A DNA stretch of 64,000 nucleotides from Candidatus Fervidifonticultor secundus (GCA_031459385.1 JAVKIP010000001.1:1-64000), one strand, 5' to 3'. Numbered from the stretch's first letter, positions 49,347-59,884 are shown. Translations and numbers: made by a program. The notes: generated by a model from the sequence alone, not told the origin.

Positions 49347-50432
49347 ATGCGGCAGGCGATGGTCTGGCTCGGGGTGGGGCTCGTGGCAGTCTTGCTCGCG
49401 GGGAGTGCGGCGCCCCTGCTGGCGCAGGCGAAGCCCAGGGTGGCGTTCATCTACGTTGGGCCCGTTGGTGACGCGGGGTGGACCTTCCAACACGATCAGG
49501 CGCGGCGGCATCTGGCAGGGACCCTGGGTGCCGACACGAAGTTCGTCGAGTCGGTGCCGGAGACCGCGGAAGTGGCGCGGGTGATGGAGCAGTTCATCCG
49601 GCAGGGCTACAAGATCATCTTCGCGACGGCCTTCGGGTACCAGACCTTCGCGCTCGAGGTCGCCAGGAAGCACGCCGACGTCCGCATCATCGGGATCGGC
49701 CCGGCCATCGGGCTGGCGCCCAACGTGAAGACCATCTACGGGCGTATCTGGGAAGGACGCTACCTGACCGGGCTGGTCGCGGGCAAGATGACCAGGACCA
49801 ACGTCGTGGGCTTCGTGGCCGCGCACCCCATCACGACGGTGGTGGCCGGCGTGAACGCGTTCGCGCTGGGCGTGTGGGAGACGAACCCGAACGCCAAGGT
49901 CAAAGTGGTCTGGACCCGCACCTGGTACGACCCCCCCAAGGAGAAGGCGGCGGCCAAGACGCTGCTGGACGCCGGGGCGGATGTGATCGGCCAGCACCAG
50001 GACACCCCCAGCGCGCTCCAGGCCGCGGCCGAGAGCGGCAAGTACGGCGTGGGGTCGGAGTCGAACATGCAGCGCTTCGCGCCCCAGGCGTACCTGACCG
50101 GGACGATCTGGGACTGGCGCGAGGTAGACGCGGCCATCGTCCGCGGCATCGTGGCAGGGCAGTTCAAGTCGGAGGACTACTACGGCGGGCTCGTGGACAG
50201 GATGGTCAGCCTGGGACCGCTGCACGCCAGCGTACCGGCCGACGTGCGGACGCTGCTCGAGCAGCGCCGGCGGGCGATCATCGACGGCTCGTTCCAGATC
50301 TTCAGGGGGCCGCTCGCGGACCAGGGCGGGAGGGAGCGCGTGCCCGCCGGGCGCGCGATGACGCTCAAGGAGATCCTGACGTTCGACTGGTTGCTCAAGG
50401 GCGTCGAGGGGCAGGCGCCGACCGCCAAGTGA
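49347..50432 (+). CDS. BMP family ABC substrate-binding protein (nucleoside/purine type)
   Basis: AFIYVGPVGDAGWT..HD, IFATAFGY, TWYDP, DVIGQHQD. Confidence 0.92.
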   Translation: MRQAMVWLGVGLVAVLLAGSAAPLLAQAKPRVAFIYVGPVGDAGWTFQHDQARRHLAGTLGADTKFVESVPETAEVARVMEQFIRQGYKIIFATAFGYQTFALEVARKHADVRIIGIGPAIGLAPNVKTIYGRIWEGRYLTGLVAGKMTRTNVVGFVAAHPITTVVAGVNAFALGVWETNPNAKVKVVWTRTWYDPPKEKAAAKTLLDAGADVIGQHQDTPSALQAAAESGKYGVGSESNMQRFAPQAYLTGTIWDWREVDAAIVRGIVAGQFKSEDYYGGLVDRMVSLGPLHASVPADVRTLLEQRRRAIIDGSFQIFRGPLADQGGRERVPAGRAMTLKEILTFDWLLKGVEGQAPTAK

Positions 50433-50463
50433 CAGGAGGGCGCGGTAGCGCACCGCGGGGCGA

Positions 50464-52005
50464 ATGGTGCCGACCGCCCGCGCCGTAGCCGGGATGTCCC
50501 GGCCGCTGGCGGAACTGCGGGGTATCGTCAAGGCCTTCCCTGGGGTGGTGGCCAATGCCGGGGTGGACCTGGCCGTGTACGCCGGGGAAGTCCTGGCGGT
50601 CCTCGGCGAGAACGGCGCGGGGAAGACGACGTTGATGAGCGTCCTGGCGGGACACTACCGCCCGGACGCCGGGACCATCGTCATCGACGGTACCCCGGTG
50701 GTCCTGCGGTCGCCGGGCGACGCGCTGGCGCGCGGGGTGGGCATGGTGCACCAGCAGTTCCGCCTGGTGGGGGCCTTCACGGTGACCGAGAACGTCCTGC
50801 TGGGCTGGCGCGAGCCGCGCTTCCTGCTGCACGTCGGCGGCCAGGGGGCGCGCGTGCGCCGCCTGGCCGCCGCCTACGGTCTCGCCGTCGAGCCGCACGC
50901 GCGCCTGGACACCTTATCGCTCGGCGAGCGCCAGCGCGTGGAGATCCTCAGGATGCTGTACCGGGACGTGCGCGTGCTCGTCCTGGACGAGCCGACCGCC
51001 GTCCTGACCCCGCCGGAGGTGGCGGGCCTCGTGGCCGCGTTGCGGCGCATCGCCGCCGAGGGCCGGGCCGTCGTCTTCATCAGCCACAAGCTGGACGAGG
51101 TCATGGAGGTTGCCGACAGGATCGTGGTCCTCCGCGCCGGGCGCGTCGCCGGCGTCACGACACCCGGCGAGACCACGCCCCGGGCGCTGGCGCGGCTCAT
51201 GGTGGGACGCGAGGTCGAGACCGCTCCCCGGTCGGCGGCGGCTCCCGGTCCGGTCCTGCTGGGCGCCGACGGCATCACGCTCGAGGGGCCGGGCGGCCGC
51301 GGGCTGCGGGGCATCACGCTGCAGGTGCGCGGCGGCGAGATCGTGGGAGTCGCCGGTGTCGCCGGCAACGGGCAGCGGGAACTGGCTGAGGTGCTGGCAG
51401 GGCTCCGGACGCCGCAGGCAGGGCGGGTGGCCTGGCACGGCCGCGACATCACGCACCTGGGGCCTCGCGCGCGCTGGGCGCTGGGGCTGGCTTACGTGCC
51501 GGAGGACCGGCTCGGCGAGGGCCTGGTGGGCGCCTTCACCGTGGCCGAGAACGCGGTGCTGCGCGACTACGACGGGCCGCCCGTGACCCGGGGGCCATGG
51601 CTCTCCTGGCCCGTGGTGCGCGCCCGGGCCAGCGCGCTCGTGACGCGGTTCTCCATCCGGACGCCGTCGGTGGAAACGGCGGTCCGACACCTCTCCGGCG
51701 GGCACCAGCAGCGCCTGCTGGTCGGCCGCGAGGTCGGGGCAGCCCCGCAGGTGCTGATCGCCATGTATGCCACCCGCGGGTTGGACGTGCAGGCGGCGGC
51801 GGCGGTGCACCGCATCCTGCTCGATCTGCGCGCCGCCGGCGCAGGCGTCCTGCTGATCTCCGAAAGCCTGGAGGAACTCTTCGCGGTCGCCGATCGCATC
51901 ACCGTTATGCACCGGGGCCGCTTGGTGGGCGAGCGCCCGGCCGCGACGGCCACGCGCGAGGAGATCGGGCTGCTGATGGCGGGGGGCGCGCTGCCGCGGT
52001 GGTGA
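50464..52005 (+). CDS. ABC ATP-binding protein, two NBDs (nucleoside/sugar type; start may be 50494)
   Basis: FPGVVAN, GENGAGKT, GMVHQ, LDEPT, ISHKL, GVAGNGQ, LSGGHQQ. Confidence 0.93.
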   Translation: MVPTARAVAGMSRPLAELRGIVKAFPGVVANAGVDLAVYAGEVLAVLGENGAGKTTLMSVLAGHYRPDAGTIVIDGTPVVLRSPGDALARGVGMVHQQFRLVGAFTVTENVLLGWREPRFLLHVGGQGARVRRLAAAYGLAVEPHARLDTLSLGERQRVEILRMLYRDVRVLVLDEPTAVLTPPEVAGLVAALRRIAAEGRAVVFISHKLDEVMEVADRIVVLRAGRVAGVTTPGETTPRALARLMVGREVETAPRSAAAPGPVLLGADGITLEGPGGRGLRGITLQVRGGEIVGVAGVAGNGQRELAEVLAGLRTPQAGRVAWHGRDITHLGPRARWALGLAYVPEDRLGEGLVGAFTVAENAVLRDYDGPPVTRGPWLSWPVVRARASALVTRFSIRTPSVETAVRHLSGGHQQRLLVGREVGAAPQVLIAMYATRGLDVQAAAAVHRILLDLRAAGAGVLLISESLEELFAVADRITVMHRGRLVGERPAATATREEIGLLMAGGALPRW

Positions 52006-53105
52006 CCACGGCGCGGTCGCTGGACGTGGCGATCCCGATCGCCCGGGCTACGGCCCGGGCCGAGGCGCTGGCGATCCGCGTGGGCTCGGCGCTGGCCGCG
52101 CTGGGCGTGGGCGCGCTGTGCATGTGGGCTGTCGGCTACGACCCCTGGCTGGCCTACCGCGAGATGGGCGTGGGCGCGCTCGGCTCGTGGTACGCGGTGG
52201 AGCAGACGCTGGTGAAGGCGATTCCGCTGGTCCTGACCGGGCTCGGCGTCTCGCTGGCGTTCACCATGGGGCTGTGGAACATCGGCGCCGAGGGCCAGCT
52301 GGCGGTGGGCGCGATCGCGGCCAGCTGGCTCGCCCTCGGCGCGCCCGGCCTGCCGGCCTGGCTGATGCTGCCCGGCGTGCTGGTGCTGGGCGCCGCAGGC
52401 GGCGCGGTGTGGGCTGCGCTCCCGGCCCTCCTGCGCGTCGCGGTCGGAATGAGCGAGATCATCAGCACGCTGATGCTGAACTACGTGGGCCTGCTGTGGG
52501 TGGACTACCTGGTGTTCGGGCCGTGGGCCGATCCGGCCGCCTTTAGCTTTCCCTACTCCCGGCGCTTGCCTGCGAGCGCCCAGCTGCCGCTGCTGGGGGG
52601 CGCGGTGCACCTGGGGGCGGCGCTGGCGCTGGCTGCCGCGGCCGGGCTGTGGCTGCTGCTCCGTCACACCGCCTGGGGCTACGAGATCCGGCTCATCGGG
52701 ACCAATCCACAGGCGGCGCGCTACCGCGGCGCGCCGGTGGCGCGCGATGTCGTGGTCGTGATGGCCGTGAGCGGTGCGCTCGCCGGTCTCTCGGGCGCCG
52801 GCGAAGTCAGCGGCGTCGTCCACCGCCTGCAGCAGGGCCTCTCGCCGGGCTACGGCTATGCGGCCATCATCATCGCGTGGCTGGCGCAGCTCCACCCGTG
52901 GGCGGTCGTGCTCGTCGCCGTGCTGTTCGCGGCGCTGCTGAACGGCGGGTTCGTGATCCAGACCACCGGGGTGCCGGCGGCCATCGTCTCCATGCTCCAG
53001 GCGCTGCTCCTGACCTTCGTGCTGGGCAGCGAGTACCTGGTCCGGCGGCGCCACCGGCGCCGGGCGGTGGCCGCGGCCCGCGCCGGCCTGTCCGGGCAGG
53101 CATGA
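52002..53105 (+). CDS. Nucleoside-type ABC permease 1
   Basis: WNIGAEGQ, EIISTLMLNY, GYGYAAI. Confidence 0.9.
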   Translation: MTTARSLDVAIPIARATARAEALAIRVGSALAALGVGALCMWAVGYDPWLAYREMGVGALGSWYAVEQTLVKAIPLVLTGLGVSLAFTMGLWNIGAEGQLAVGAIAASWLALGAPGLPAWLMLPGVLVLGAAGGAVWAALPALLRVAVGMSEIISTLMLNYVGLLWVDYLVFGPWADPAAFSFPYSRRLPASAQLPLLGGAVHLGAALALAAAAGLWLLLRHTAWGYEIRLIGTNPQAARYRGAPVARDVVVVMAVSGALAGLSGAGEVSGVVHRLQQGLSPGYGYAAIIIAWLAQLHPWAVVLVAVLFAALLNGGFVIQTTGVPAAIVSMLQALLLTFVLGSEYLVRRRHRRRAVAAARAGLSGQA

Positions 53106-54025
53106 CCGCAGACCAGCTGGTGGCCCTCCTGGCCGCCGCGGTGACGGCGGCCGCGCCGCTGGTCCTGGCGGGCATCGGCGAACTGCTCGCCGAGCGCAGC
53201 GGCGTCCTCAACCTCGGCGTCGAGGGCGTGATGCTGGTGGGCGCGGTGGCGGGCTTCGCCGTCGTGGTGACGACGGCACTGCCGTGGCTCGGCGCGGCCG
53301 CCGCCGCCGGCGCGGGTGCCCTGCTAGGCGCCGGCCACGCCCTGCTGACGGTGACGCTGGGCGCCGAGCAGGTCACGACCGGGCTGGCCCTGGCGCTCTT
53401 CGGGACGGGCCTGAGCGCCTTCCTCGGCAAGCCGCTCATTGGCATCCCCAATCCGGTGCCCCTCCGCGCGATCCCCCTGCCGGGCCTGGCCGACGTCCCG
53501 GCGCTGGGGCGCATCTTCTTCCGGCAGGACGTCCTGGTCTACCTGAGCTACGCGCTGCCCCTGGCCGTGTGGTGGTGGTTGACCCGGACGCGGCCGGGCC
53601 TGCACCTACGGGCGTGCGGCGAGAACCCGGAGGCCGCCGACGCCACGGGGGTGGACGTGGCGGCGATGCGTTACGGCGCGGTGATCGTGGGCGCGGCGCT
53701 GGCGGGACTGGGGGGCGGCTACCTCTCGCTGGCCTATACTCCGGCGTGGACGGAGAACATGACCGGCGGGCTCGGGTGGATCGCCATCGCGCTGGTGATC
53801 TTCGCGACCTGGAACCCAGTGCGGCTGCTGGCGGGGGCGTACCTGTTCGGCGCCGTGGACGTCCTGGGCTTCCGCGCGCAGCTGCTGGGGGTGCAGGCGT
53901 CGTCCATCGTGCTGCGCATGCTCCCGTACCTGTTCACGCTGGCGGTGTTGCTGGTGATCACCACGCTCCGGCGGGCCGCCGGGATGCCGGCCGCCCTGGG
54001 GCGCCCGTATGTCCGCGAGGAGTGA
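53102..54025 (+). CDS. Nucleoside-type ABC permease 2
   Basis: ERSGVLNLGVEG, GENPEAA, PAALGRPY. Confidence 0.9.
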   Translation: MTADQLVALLAAAVTAAAPLVLAGIGELLAERSGVLNLGVEGVMLVGAVAGFAVVVTTALPWLGAAAAAGAGALLGAGHALLTVTLGAEQVTTGLALALFGTGLSAFLGKPLIGIPNPVPLRAIPLPGLADVPALGRIFFRQDVLVYLSYALPLAVWWWLTRTRPGLHLRACGENPEAADATGVDVAAMRYGAVIVGAALAGLGGGYLSLAYTPAWTENMTGGLGWIAIALVIFATWNPVRLLAGAYLFGAVDVLGFRAQLLGVQASSIVLRMLPYLFTLAVLLVITTLRRAAGMPAALGRPYVREE

Positions 54026-54043
54026 CGGCGGAGGTGAGATTCC

Positions 54044-54748
54044 GTGGAGGCGTACTTCTACGGCACGCGCAAGCCCATTCCCGACGGGTTCGACGAGTGG
54101 CTCGACCCGCGGAGCGCCGCGGCCGTGTGCATCGACATGCACCGCGGGCACCTCGATGAAGGGCCGGACTGCCCGTGTCCGGCGCCCCGGGCGCGCGAGA
54201 TCGTGGCTCCGATCGACGCATTCCACCGCCAGTGCCGGCGGTTGGGGGTGCCGGTGATCCACGTGAAGACGGTGCTCCGCGCCAGCGGCGTCGACGACAC
54301 CCAGGGGATCCCCTCGGCCTGGCGGCTGACGTTCCCCGTCACCGTCGGGCCGATCCCCAACGCCGACAGCCACGGCCTGGCCGGGACGCGCTGGACAGAA
54401 CTGGTGACCGAGGTGGCGCCCTCCGACTTCGTTGTGGACACGAAGAAACGGCTGAGCATCTTCTACCCGACCGACCTGGACTTCCTGCTGCGCCAGCTGC
54501 GTCGGCGGGCCGTGGTGCTCACAGGCGGGTTCACCGACTGCTGTGTCCTGAACGCGGCGTTCGACGCGGCCAACCGCGACTACCGCGTGGTGGTGCTGCG
54601 CGATCTCGTGCGCGGGTTCTCGCCCGAGATGGAGGACGCGGCGCTGCGCATCGTCTCGCTGCACCTGGGGCTGGTCATGGACTCGGCGGTGCTGGTGCGG
54701 ACGTGGGAGCAGCGGCTGGTGGCCGCCGGCGGCGCAAGCCGTGGCTGA
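54044..54748 (+). CDS. Isochorismatase-family cysteine hydrolase
   Basis: Catalytic D-K-C in CIDMH, TKKR and GFTDCCV. Confidence 0.9.
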   Translation: MEAYFYGTRKPIPDGFDEWLDPRSAAAVCIDMHRGHLDEGPDCPCPAPRAREIVAPIDAFHRQCRRLGVPVIHVKTVLRASGVDDTQGIPSAWRLTFPVTVGPIPNADSHGLAGTRWTELVTEVAPSDFVVDTKKRLSIFYPTDLDFLLRQLRRRAVVLTGGFTDCCVLNAAFDAANRDYRVVVLRDLVRGFSPEMEDAALRIVSLHLGLVMDSAVLVRTWEQRLVAAGGASRG

Positions 54749-55100
54749 GGGCATGCGGCGCGTCGCGCTGGGGGCCATTCCCTGGGCGACGGTGTACCCC
54801 GGTGTGCACCGCCGGCAGGCCGACGCCACCCGCATGACGCTGACGGTCTACCGGTTCGAGCCCGCCGGCCGGTTCCCCCTCCACCACCACCGGCAGGAGC
54901 AGGTCGTGATGGTGGTGGAGGGCGCGGTGACCTTCGCCGGGGCGGGACAGGCGGTCACCCTGGGACCCGACGAGGTGCTCGTCATTGCACCCGACGTGCC
55001 CCACGAAGCGGTCGCCGGGCCGACGGGTGCGCTGGTGGTCAGCGTCGTGGCGCCGGCCCGGCGGTCGGCGACGGACTACGTGGTGGATGGAGCCGGCTGA
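54741..55100 (+). CDS. Cupin domain protein
   Basis: FPLHHHRQEQ...PDVPH. Confidence 0.85.
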   Translation: MAEGMRRVALGAIPWATVYPGVHRRQADATRMTLTVYRFEPAGRFPLHHHRQEQVVMVVEGAVTFAGAGQAVTLGPDEVLVIAPDVPHEAVAGPTGALVVSVVAPARRSATDYVVDGAG

Positions 55101-55160
55101 CACGCACCCGGGCGGATGCCGTGCGCGCGCAGGGCACGCTGCAGTTCGGCGCATCGGGCG

Positions 55161-55865
55161 CTAGCGCCGCACGCCCAGGTGGCGGATGAGCACGTCCTCG
55201 TCGGCCAGGACGTCCTGGCGCGTGCCCGTGTACCGGATCCGCCCCGTCTCCAGAAGCGCGACGGTATCCGCCACCTGGAGCGCCGCCTCGATCTTCTGTT
55301 CGACCAGCAGCACGCCGACGCCGCGGCTGGCCAGGACGCCGATCGTCGCCATGAGCCGGCGGACCAGCAGGGGCATCAGGCCCTCGGTGGGCTCGTCCAT
55401 GAGCAGGAACGCGGGCCGCGCGCACAGCGCGCGGGCGGTGGCGACCATCTGCTGTTCCCCACCCGACAGCGTGCCGGCGCGCTGGTGCAACCGCTCCCGC
55501 AGCACGGGGAAGAGCTCGAAGACCCAGGTCAGGGTCTCGCCGTCGGCGCCCGTGACCAGCAGGCCCATGCGCAGGTTCTCCCAGACGGTCAGGTCGGGGA
55601 AGAGCCTGCGGCCCTGGGGGACGTAGCCCAGCCCCAGCCGCGGGATGCGGTGCGCCGGCAGGCGAGTCAGCTCGTGGCCATCGAGGCGGATGCTGCCCTG
55701 CACCGGCCGCACCAGCCCCATGATGGCGCGCAGCAGCGTGGTCTTGCCAGCCCCGTTGCGGCCCAGTAGGCACAGTACCTGCCCCGTGGCCAGGCGCAGC
55801 GACACCTCGTGGACCGCCGGCGCGCCGCCGTAGCCGCACGTCAGGCGGTCCAGCACCAGCTCCAC
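55161..55865 (-). CDS. ABC ATP-binding protein (LivF/UrtE-like)
   Basis: GRNGAGKTT, YVPQGR, LSGGEQQ, DEPTEGL. Confidence 0.93.
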   Translation of the reverse strand: MELVLDRLTCGYGGAPAVHEVSLRLATGQVLCLLGRNGAGKTTLLRAIMGLVRPVQGSIRLDGHELTRLPAHRIPRLGLGYVPQGRRLFPDLTVWENLRMGLLVTGADGETLTWVFELFPVLRERLHQRAGTLSGGEQQMVATARALCARPAFLLMDEPTEGLMPLLVRRLMATIGVLASRGVGVLLVEQKIEAALQVADTVALLETGRIRYTGTRQDVLADEDVLIRHLGVRR

Positions 55866-55899
55866 GGCTATCGCGCTCCCGGGGAGCGGCCCTCCACGG

Positions 55900-56652
55900 C
55901 TACCGCTCCCCCAGGTAGACGCGCTGCACGCCGGGATCCGCCTCCACGTCGGCGGGCGTGCCCTCCGCGATGATCCGCCCCTGGTCCATCACGGTGACCC
56001 GGTGCGCCAGGTCGAGCACGACGCGCATGTTGTGCTCGATGAGCAGCACGGTGGTCGCGTGCGCGATCTGGCGCACCAGCCGGACGAGCCCGGCGGTCTC
56101 CTCCGGTGCCAGCCCCTGCGTGGGCTCGTCGAGGATCAGCAGGCGCGGGCGCAGGGCCAGCGCCATAGCGAGTTCCAGCAACCGCTGGTGCCCGTAAGGG
56201 AGGGCGGCCGCTGGTGCGGTCCAGGCCTCGCGGAACCCCACGGCGTCCAGGGCCTCTCGTACCAGGCGGGCCAGCGGCTGTGCGCCCACGCGGAAGATGT
56301 CGCCGGGGCCGCGCAGCAGGCGGCGCTGCGCGGCCAGGGCCACGTTCTCGAAGACCGTGAGGTTGCGGAAGACGCTGATGAGCTGAAAGGTGCAGACGAT
56401 GCCGAGCGCCACGCGGGAGGGGGCCCGCGCGGCGGTGATGTCGCGCCCATCGAAGACGATGCGCCCGGCGCTGGGCGCGATGCGCCCGCTGATCATGCTG
56501 GCCAGGGTCGTCTTGCCGGCGCCGTTGGGGCCGATCAGGGCCCGGATCTCCCCGCGCGCGAGGCGGAAGTCCACGTCGCGCACAGCCACGAGCCCGCCGA
56601 ACGTCCGGCGCAGGCCGGCGGTCTGCAGCAGCGGCGCCGGGGTGTCCCTCAC
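55900..56652 (-). CDS. ABC ATP-binding protein (LivG-like)
   Basis: FGGLVAV, GPNGAGKT, LPYGHQR, LDEPT, IEHN; GTG at 56652. Confidence 0.92.
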   Translation of the reverse strand: MRDTPAPLLQTAGLRRTFGGLVAVRDVDFRLARGEIRALIGPNGAGKTTLASMISGRIAPSAGRIVFDGRDITAARAPSRVALGIVCTFQLISVFRNLTVFENVALAAQRRLLRGPGDIFRVGAQPLARLVREALDAVGFREAWTAPAAALPYGHQRLLELAMALALRPRLLILDEPTQGLAPEETAGLVRLVRQIAHATTVLLIEHNMRVVLDLAHRVTVMDQGRIIAEGTPADVEADPGVQRVYLGER

Positions 56653-57605
56653 GGCAGCCACCGCCACCAGCGCGCGCGCACGCCGCCCATGATGCCGCCG
56701 GGTGCCCGCACGCTGACCAGCACCAGCGCCACGCCCACCACCAGCAGGTAGTTGGTCGTCACGCTGCTGGCGACGTCTACCGCGTAGGTCATGAATGCCG
56801 TCCCGACCAGCGGGCCCAGGATCGTCCCCGCGCCGCCGAGCAGCGTCCACAGCAGCGGGTAGATGGAGTAGAGGATCGAGGCGAAGGTGCTCCCGACGTA
56901 CGAGAACAGCAGGGCGTACGCCGCGCCCGCGGCGCCGGCGACGCCGCCCGAGAGCACGACGGCCAGCAGCTTGTAGGCGAAGGGGTCATAGCCCAGCATG
57001 CGCGTGCGCTCTTCGTGCTCGCGCAGCGCGATCAGCACCCGGCCGACCGGCGACCGCACGAGCCACAGGCTGCCCAGCAGCGCCACGGCCAGCGCGGCCA
57101 GCGCCAGGTTGTAGCGGACCGGCGGCGCAGTGAACGCCAGCGTCCAGCGCCCCACCTGCAGCGGCGCCAAGCGTCCGGCCAGCACGAGCCCCTGGTCGCC
57201 CAGCGTGATCTGGTTGAAGTAGAGCGTCGCCAGGTAGCCGACCTGCGCGAACATCATGGTGACGATCAGGAACGCCGCCCCGGTGGTCCGCAGGCTGAGC
57301 GCGCCGATGCCCGCGGCCAGGAGCAGGCCGGCGGCGATGCCCAGGAGGAAGGCCGGTCCCGGTGCGAGCCCCAGGTAGTACACGGGCAGGCCCGCGCCGT
57401 ACAGCCCGGCGGCGAAGAAGAGCGCATGCCCCAGGCTCATGAGCCCCGTGTAGCCCAACAGCAGGTTGTAGCCGGCCGCGTACGTGGCGAAGAGCATGAT
57501 GCGCGTGAGCATGCCGTGGTGGAACGGGGGCAGCACGAACTGCAACAGCCCCAGCGCCGCCAGCACGCCCAGGTGCACTGCCAGGACCGCCCGGCCGGCG
57601 CTCAT
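56649..57605 (-). CDS. ABC permease (LivM-like)
   Basis: YNLLLGYTGLMSLGH, LLGGAGTILGP; ATG at 57605. Confidence 0.9.
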   Translation of the reverse strand: MSAGRAVLAVHLGVLAALGLLQFVLPPFHHGMLTRIMLFATYAAGYNLLLGYTGLMSLGHALFFAAGLYGAGLPVYYLGLAPGPAFLLGIAAGLLLAAGIGALSLRTTGAAFLIVTMMFAQVGYLATLYFNQITLGDQGLVLAGRLAPLQVGRWTLAFTAPPVRYNLALAALAVALLGSLWLVRSPVGRVLIALREHEERTRMLGYDPFAYKLLAVVLSGGVAGAAGAAYALLFSYVGSTFASILYSIYPLLWTLLGGAGTILGPLVGTAFMTYAVDVASSVTTNYLLVVGVALVLVSVRAPGGIMGGVRARWWRWLP

Positions 57606-58468
57606 GGGGTGCGCTCGCCGAACAGCCCGCCGGCGCGCACCACCAGCACCCCGGCCACCAGCAGCGAGGCCACGATGCGCGCCAGCGTCGGCGTGAAGAC
57701 GATCGAGACGATCCCGTCGACGAGCCCCACCAGGAAGGCGGCGGCGGCGGTGCCACCCAGGTGCCCCAGGCCGCCGATAGTGACCACCATGAACGACAGG
57801 AGCAGCGCGTCCAGGCCCATGAGGTAGTGGGCCTGCTGCACCGGGACGACCAGCACCCCCGCCACCGCGGCCAGCGCCGCGCCCAGGGCGAAGGTGGCAC
57901 TGTAGATGCGGTGCACCGGCACGCCGAACGCCTGCGCGGTCTCTGGGTCCTGCTGGGTGGCGCGCATGTAGAGCCCCAGGGTCGTCGTCCCCACCAGGCG
58001 CCAGGTCGCGAGCAGCAGCAGCCCCGCCAGCACGGCCGCCGCCAGCTTGTAGCGCGAGTACCCGAACCACGGGAACTCGACGACGCCCGCCAGGGGCGGT
58101 GGCACCGCCCGCGCTTCCGGGCCGTAGAGGCCGAGCGTGAGTTGCTGGAGGATGTAGAGCAGGCCGATGGTGGCGACGATGGTGGCGTCGGGCAGGTAGC
58201 GGATCGGCCGCAGGACCACCCGGTCGGCGACCACCGCGATGCCGGCCACGAGCAGCGGCGCCGCCAGGACTGCGGCCAGGAAGCTGCCGGTGGCAGCGGT
58301 GACGACCCAGGCCAGCACGGCGCCCAGCATGAAGAACTCGCCGTGCGCGACGTTGACGATGCGCATGACGCCGAACACCAGTGACAGCCCCACGGCGGTC
58401 AGGGCCAGCAGGAAGCCCGAGACGGTGCCCTCCAGCAGCGCCAGGGCGACCTGCCCGCCGGGGGTCAC
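57602..58468 (-). CDS. ABC permease (LivH-like)
   Basis: GLSLVFGVMRIVNVAHG, IGGLG. Confidence 0.92.
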   Translation of the reverse strand: MTPGGQVALALLEGTVSGFLLALTAVGLSLVFGVMRIVNVAHGEFFMLGAVLAWVVTAATGSFLAAVLAAPLLVAGIAVVADRVVLRPIRYLPDATIVATIGLLYILQQLTLGLYGPEARAVPPPLAGVVEFPWFGYSRYKLAAAVLAGLLLLATWRLVGTTTLGLYMRATQQDPETAQAFGVPVHRIYSATFALGAALAAVAGVLVVPVQQAHYLMGLDALLLSFMVVTIGGLGHLGGTAAAAFLVGLVDGIVSIVFTPTLARIVASLLVAGVLVVRAGGLFGERTP

Positions 58469-58585
58469 AGGCGGAACGTGCGCACAGCGGGAGACATGCC
58501 GACGCGCGGGCTGCGGGGAGGGGCCGCACAGGGGCCCGCGCCGGGACCTCCGGGGCAGGCCCCCGCCACGGCGCGCCCGCCGGCG

Positions 58586-59884
58586 CTACAGCGGCTGCCG
58601 GGTGTAGTCCGCTTCGGGCGGGTACATGCCGTCCTCGATCCTGGTCCGGTGCACCACCCTGAGCTTCCTGTCCCTGACCTGCGAGACGAACTGCTGCCCG
58701 AAGACCTGGTGCAGACGGCCGACAAAGCGCTTCGGCCCCTGCGGATGGCCGAGCCCCTCCTCGAACCGCTCGGTCTTCTCCAGGGTTTCGATGAACGCCC
58801 GGTAGTCCTGCGGGCTCCGGTAGCCGCTCTTCTCCACGACCTCCTTGATGACGAACAACGTCTCCCACACGCCGAACATGTGGGAGTACGTGGAGACGTC
58901 CTTGGGGTCGGTCTTGCTGGCGCCGTTGGCGTCCACGCCGACCGCGTCGCGGAACCGCCGCTCCCACGGGGTGTTGTACTGGCCCGCGTAGCGCGGGAAC
59001 GCTTCCCAGATATAGGAGCCGTCCAGGTACTCGAGCCCGGGGCTGCCAATGTCCACGCCCTCCAGCGAGTCGATGAAGCCGAAGAGTTTGGGTTTGCGGC
59101 GGCCGAAGTGCTCCCCCATCTCCTTGACGAAGGTGAGCACGCCGGGGCCGACCATGACGTGGTAGACGACGTCGGCCGCCCGCGGGATCTTGGGGAAGTA
59201 CTTCGTGAACGAGGTCTCGGTAGGGGGAATGGGCACCAGCGCCACGATCTCGCCGCCCTGCCGTCTGGCGGCGGCGCCGAAGAAGTCGCGGTGGTCGTAC
59301 CCGAAGGCGTAGTCCGGGAAGACCATGGCGATGCGCTTGCCCAGGTTCTTGACGATCCATGGTGCCAGGGCGGTGACCTGGGCGCGGACGTCGGTGATGC
59401 CGGGCTGGAACGTGTACCGGTTCAGCTTGCCCGAGGCGACGTGGTAGCCTTCGCTGACGACCAGGTAGGGGATCTTGAGCTCGCCGGCCCGCGGGGCCGC
59501 CGCGATCACCACGTGCGAGAAGAGCGTCCCGAAGATGAACTCCACCTTGTGCTGTTGGGCCAGCTTCTCGACCACCTCGGTGCCGCGTTTGGGATCCGTG
59601 CCGTCGTCCTCGGCGATGAGCTCGATGGGCCGGCCGCCGATGCCGCCCATGCCGTTGATGGTCTTCACCGCCGCGGCTGCCGTGCGCTCGTACCACTTGC
59701 CGTAGACGGCGCCGATGCCCGTACGGTGGACCTGGAACCCGATCTTCAATGGCGGCGCCCCTGCCGTCTGGGCGTAGACGTACGGGATGTCAGAAAGGCG
59801 ACCCCACCGGCCCACCATGCTGGCGCCGGCCAGCGCCCCGGCGGCCTTCAACGCCTGTCGTCGCGTGAGCTTCCCCTCTGGCAT
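58586..59884 (-). CDS. Tat-exported Liv-type ABC substrate-binding protein
   Basis: ATG 59884 with SD GAGGAGG; twin-arginine signal LTRRQALK; EDDGTDP, PDYAFG. Confidence 0.88.
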   Translation of the reverse strand: MPEGKLTRRQALKAAGALAGASMVGRWGRLSDIPYVYAQTAGAPPLKIGFQVHRTGIGAVYGKWYERTAAAAVKTINGMGGIGGRPIELIAEDDGTDPKRGTEVVEKLAQQHKVEFIFGTLFSHVVIAAAPRAGELKIPYLVVSEGYHVASGKLNRYTFQPGITDVRAQVTALAPWIVKNLGKRIAMVFPDYAFGYDHRDFFGAAARRQGGEIVALVPIPPTETSFTKYFPKIPRAADVVYHVMVGPGVLTFVKEMGEHFGRRKPKLFGFIDSLEGVDIGSPGLEYLDGSYIWEAFPRYAGQYNTPWERRFRDAVGVDANGASKTDPKDVSTYSHMFGVWETLFVIKEVVEKSGYRSPQDYRAFIETLEKTERFEEGLGHPQGPKRFVGRLHQVFGQQFVSQVRDRKLRVVHRTRIEDGMYPPEADYTRQPL

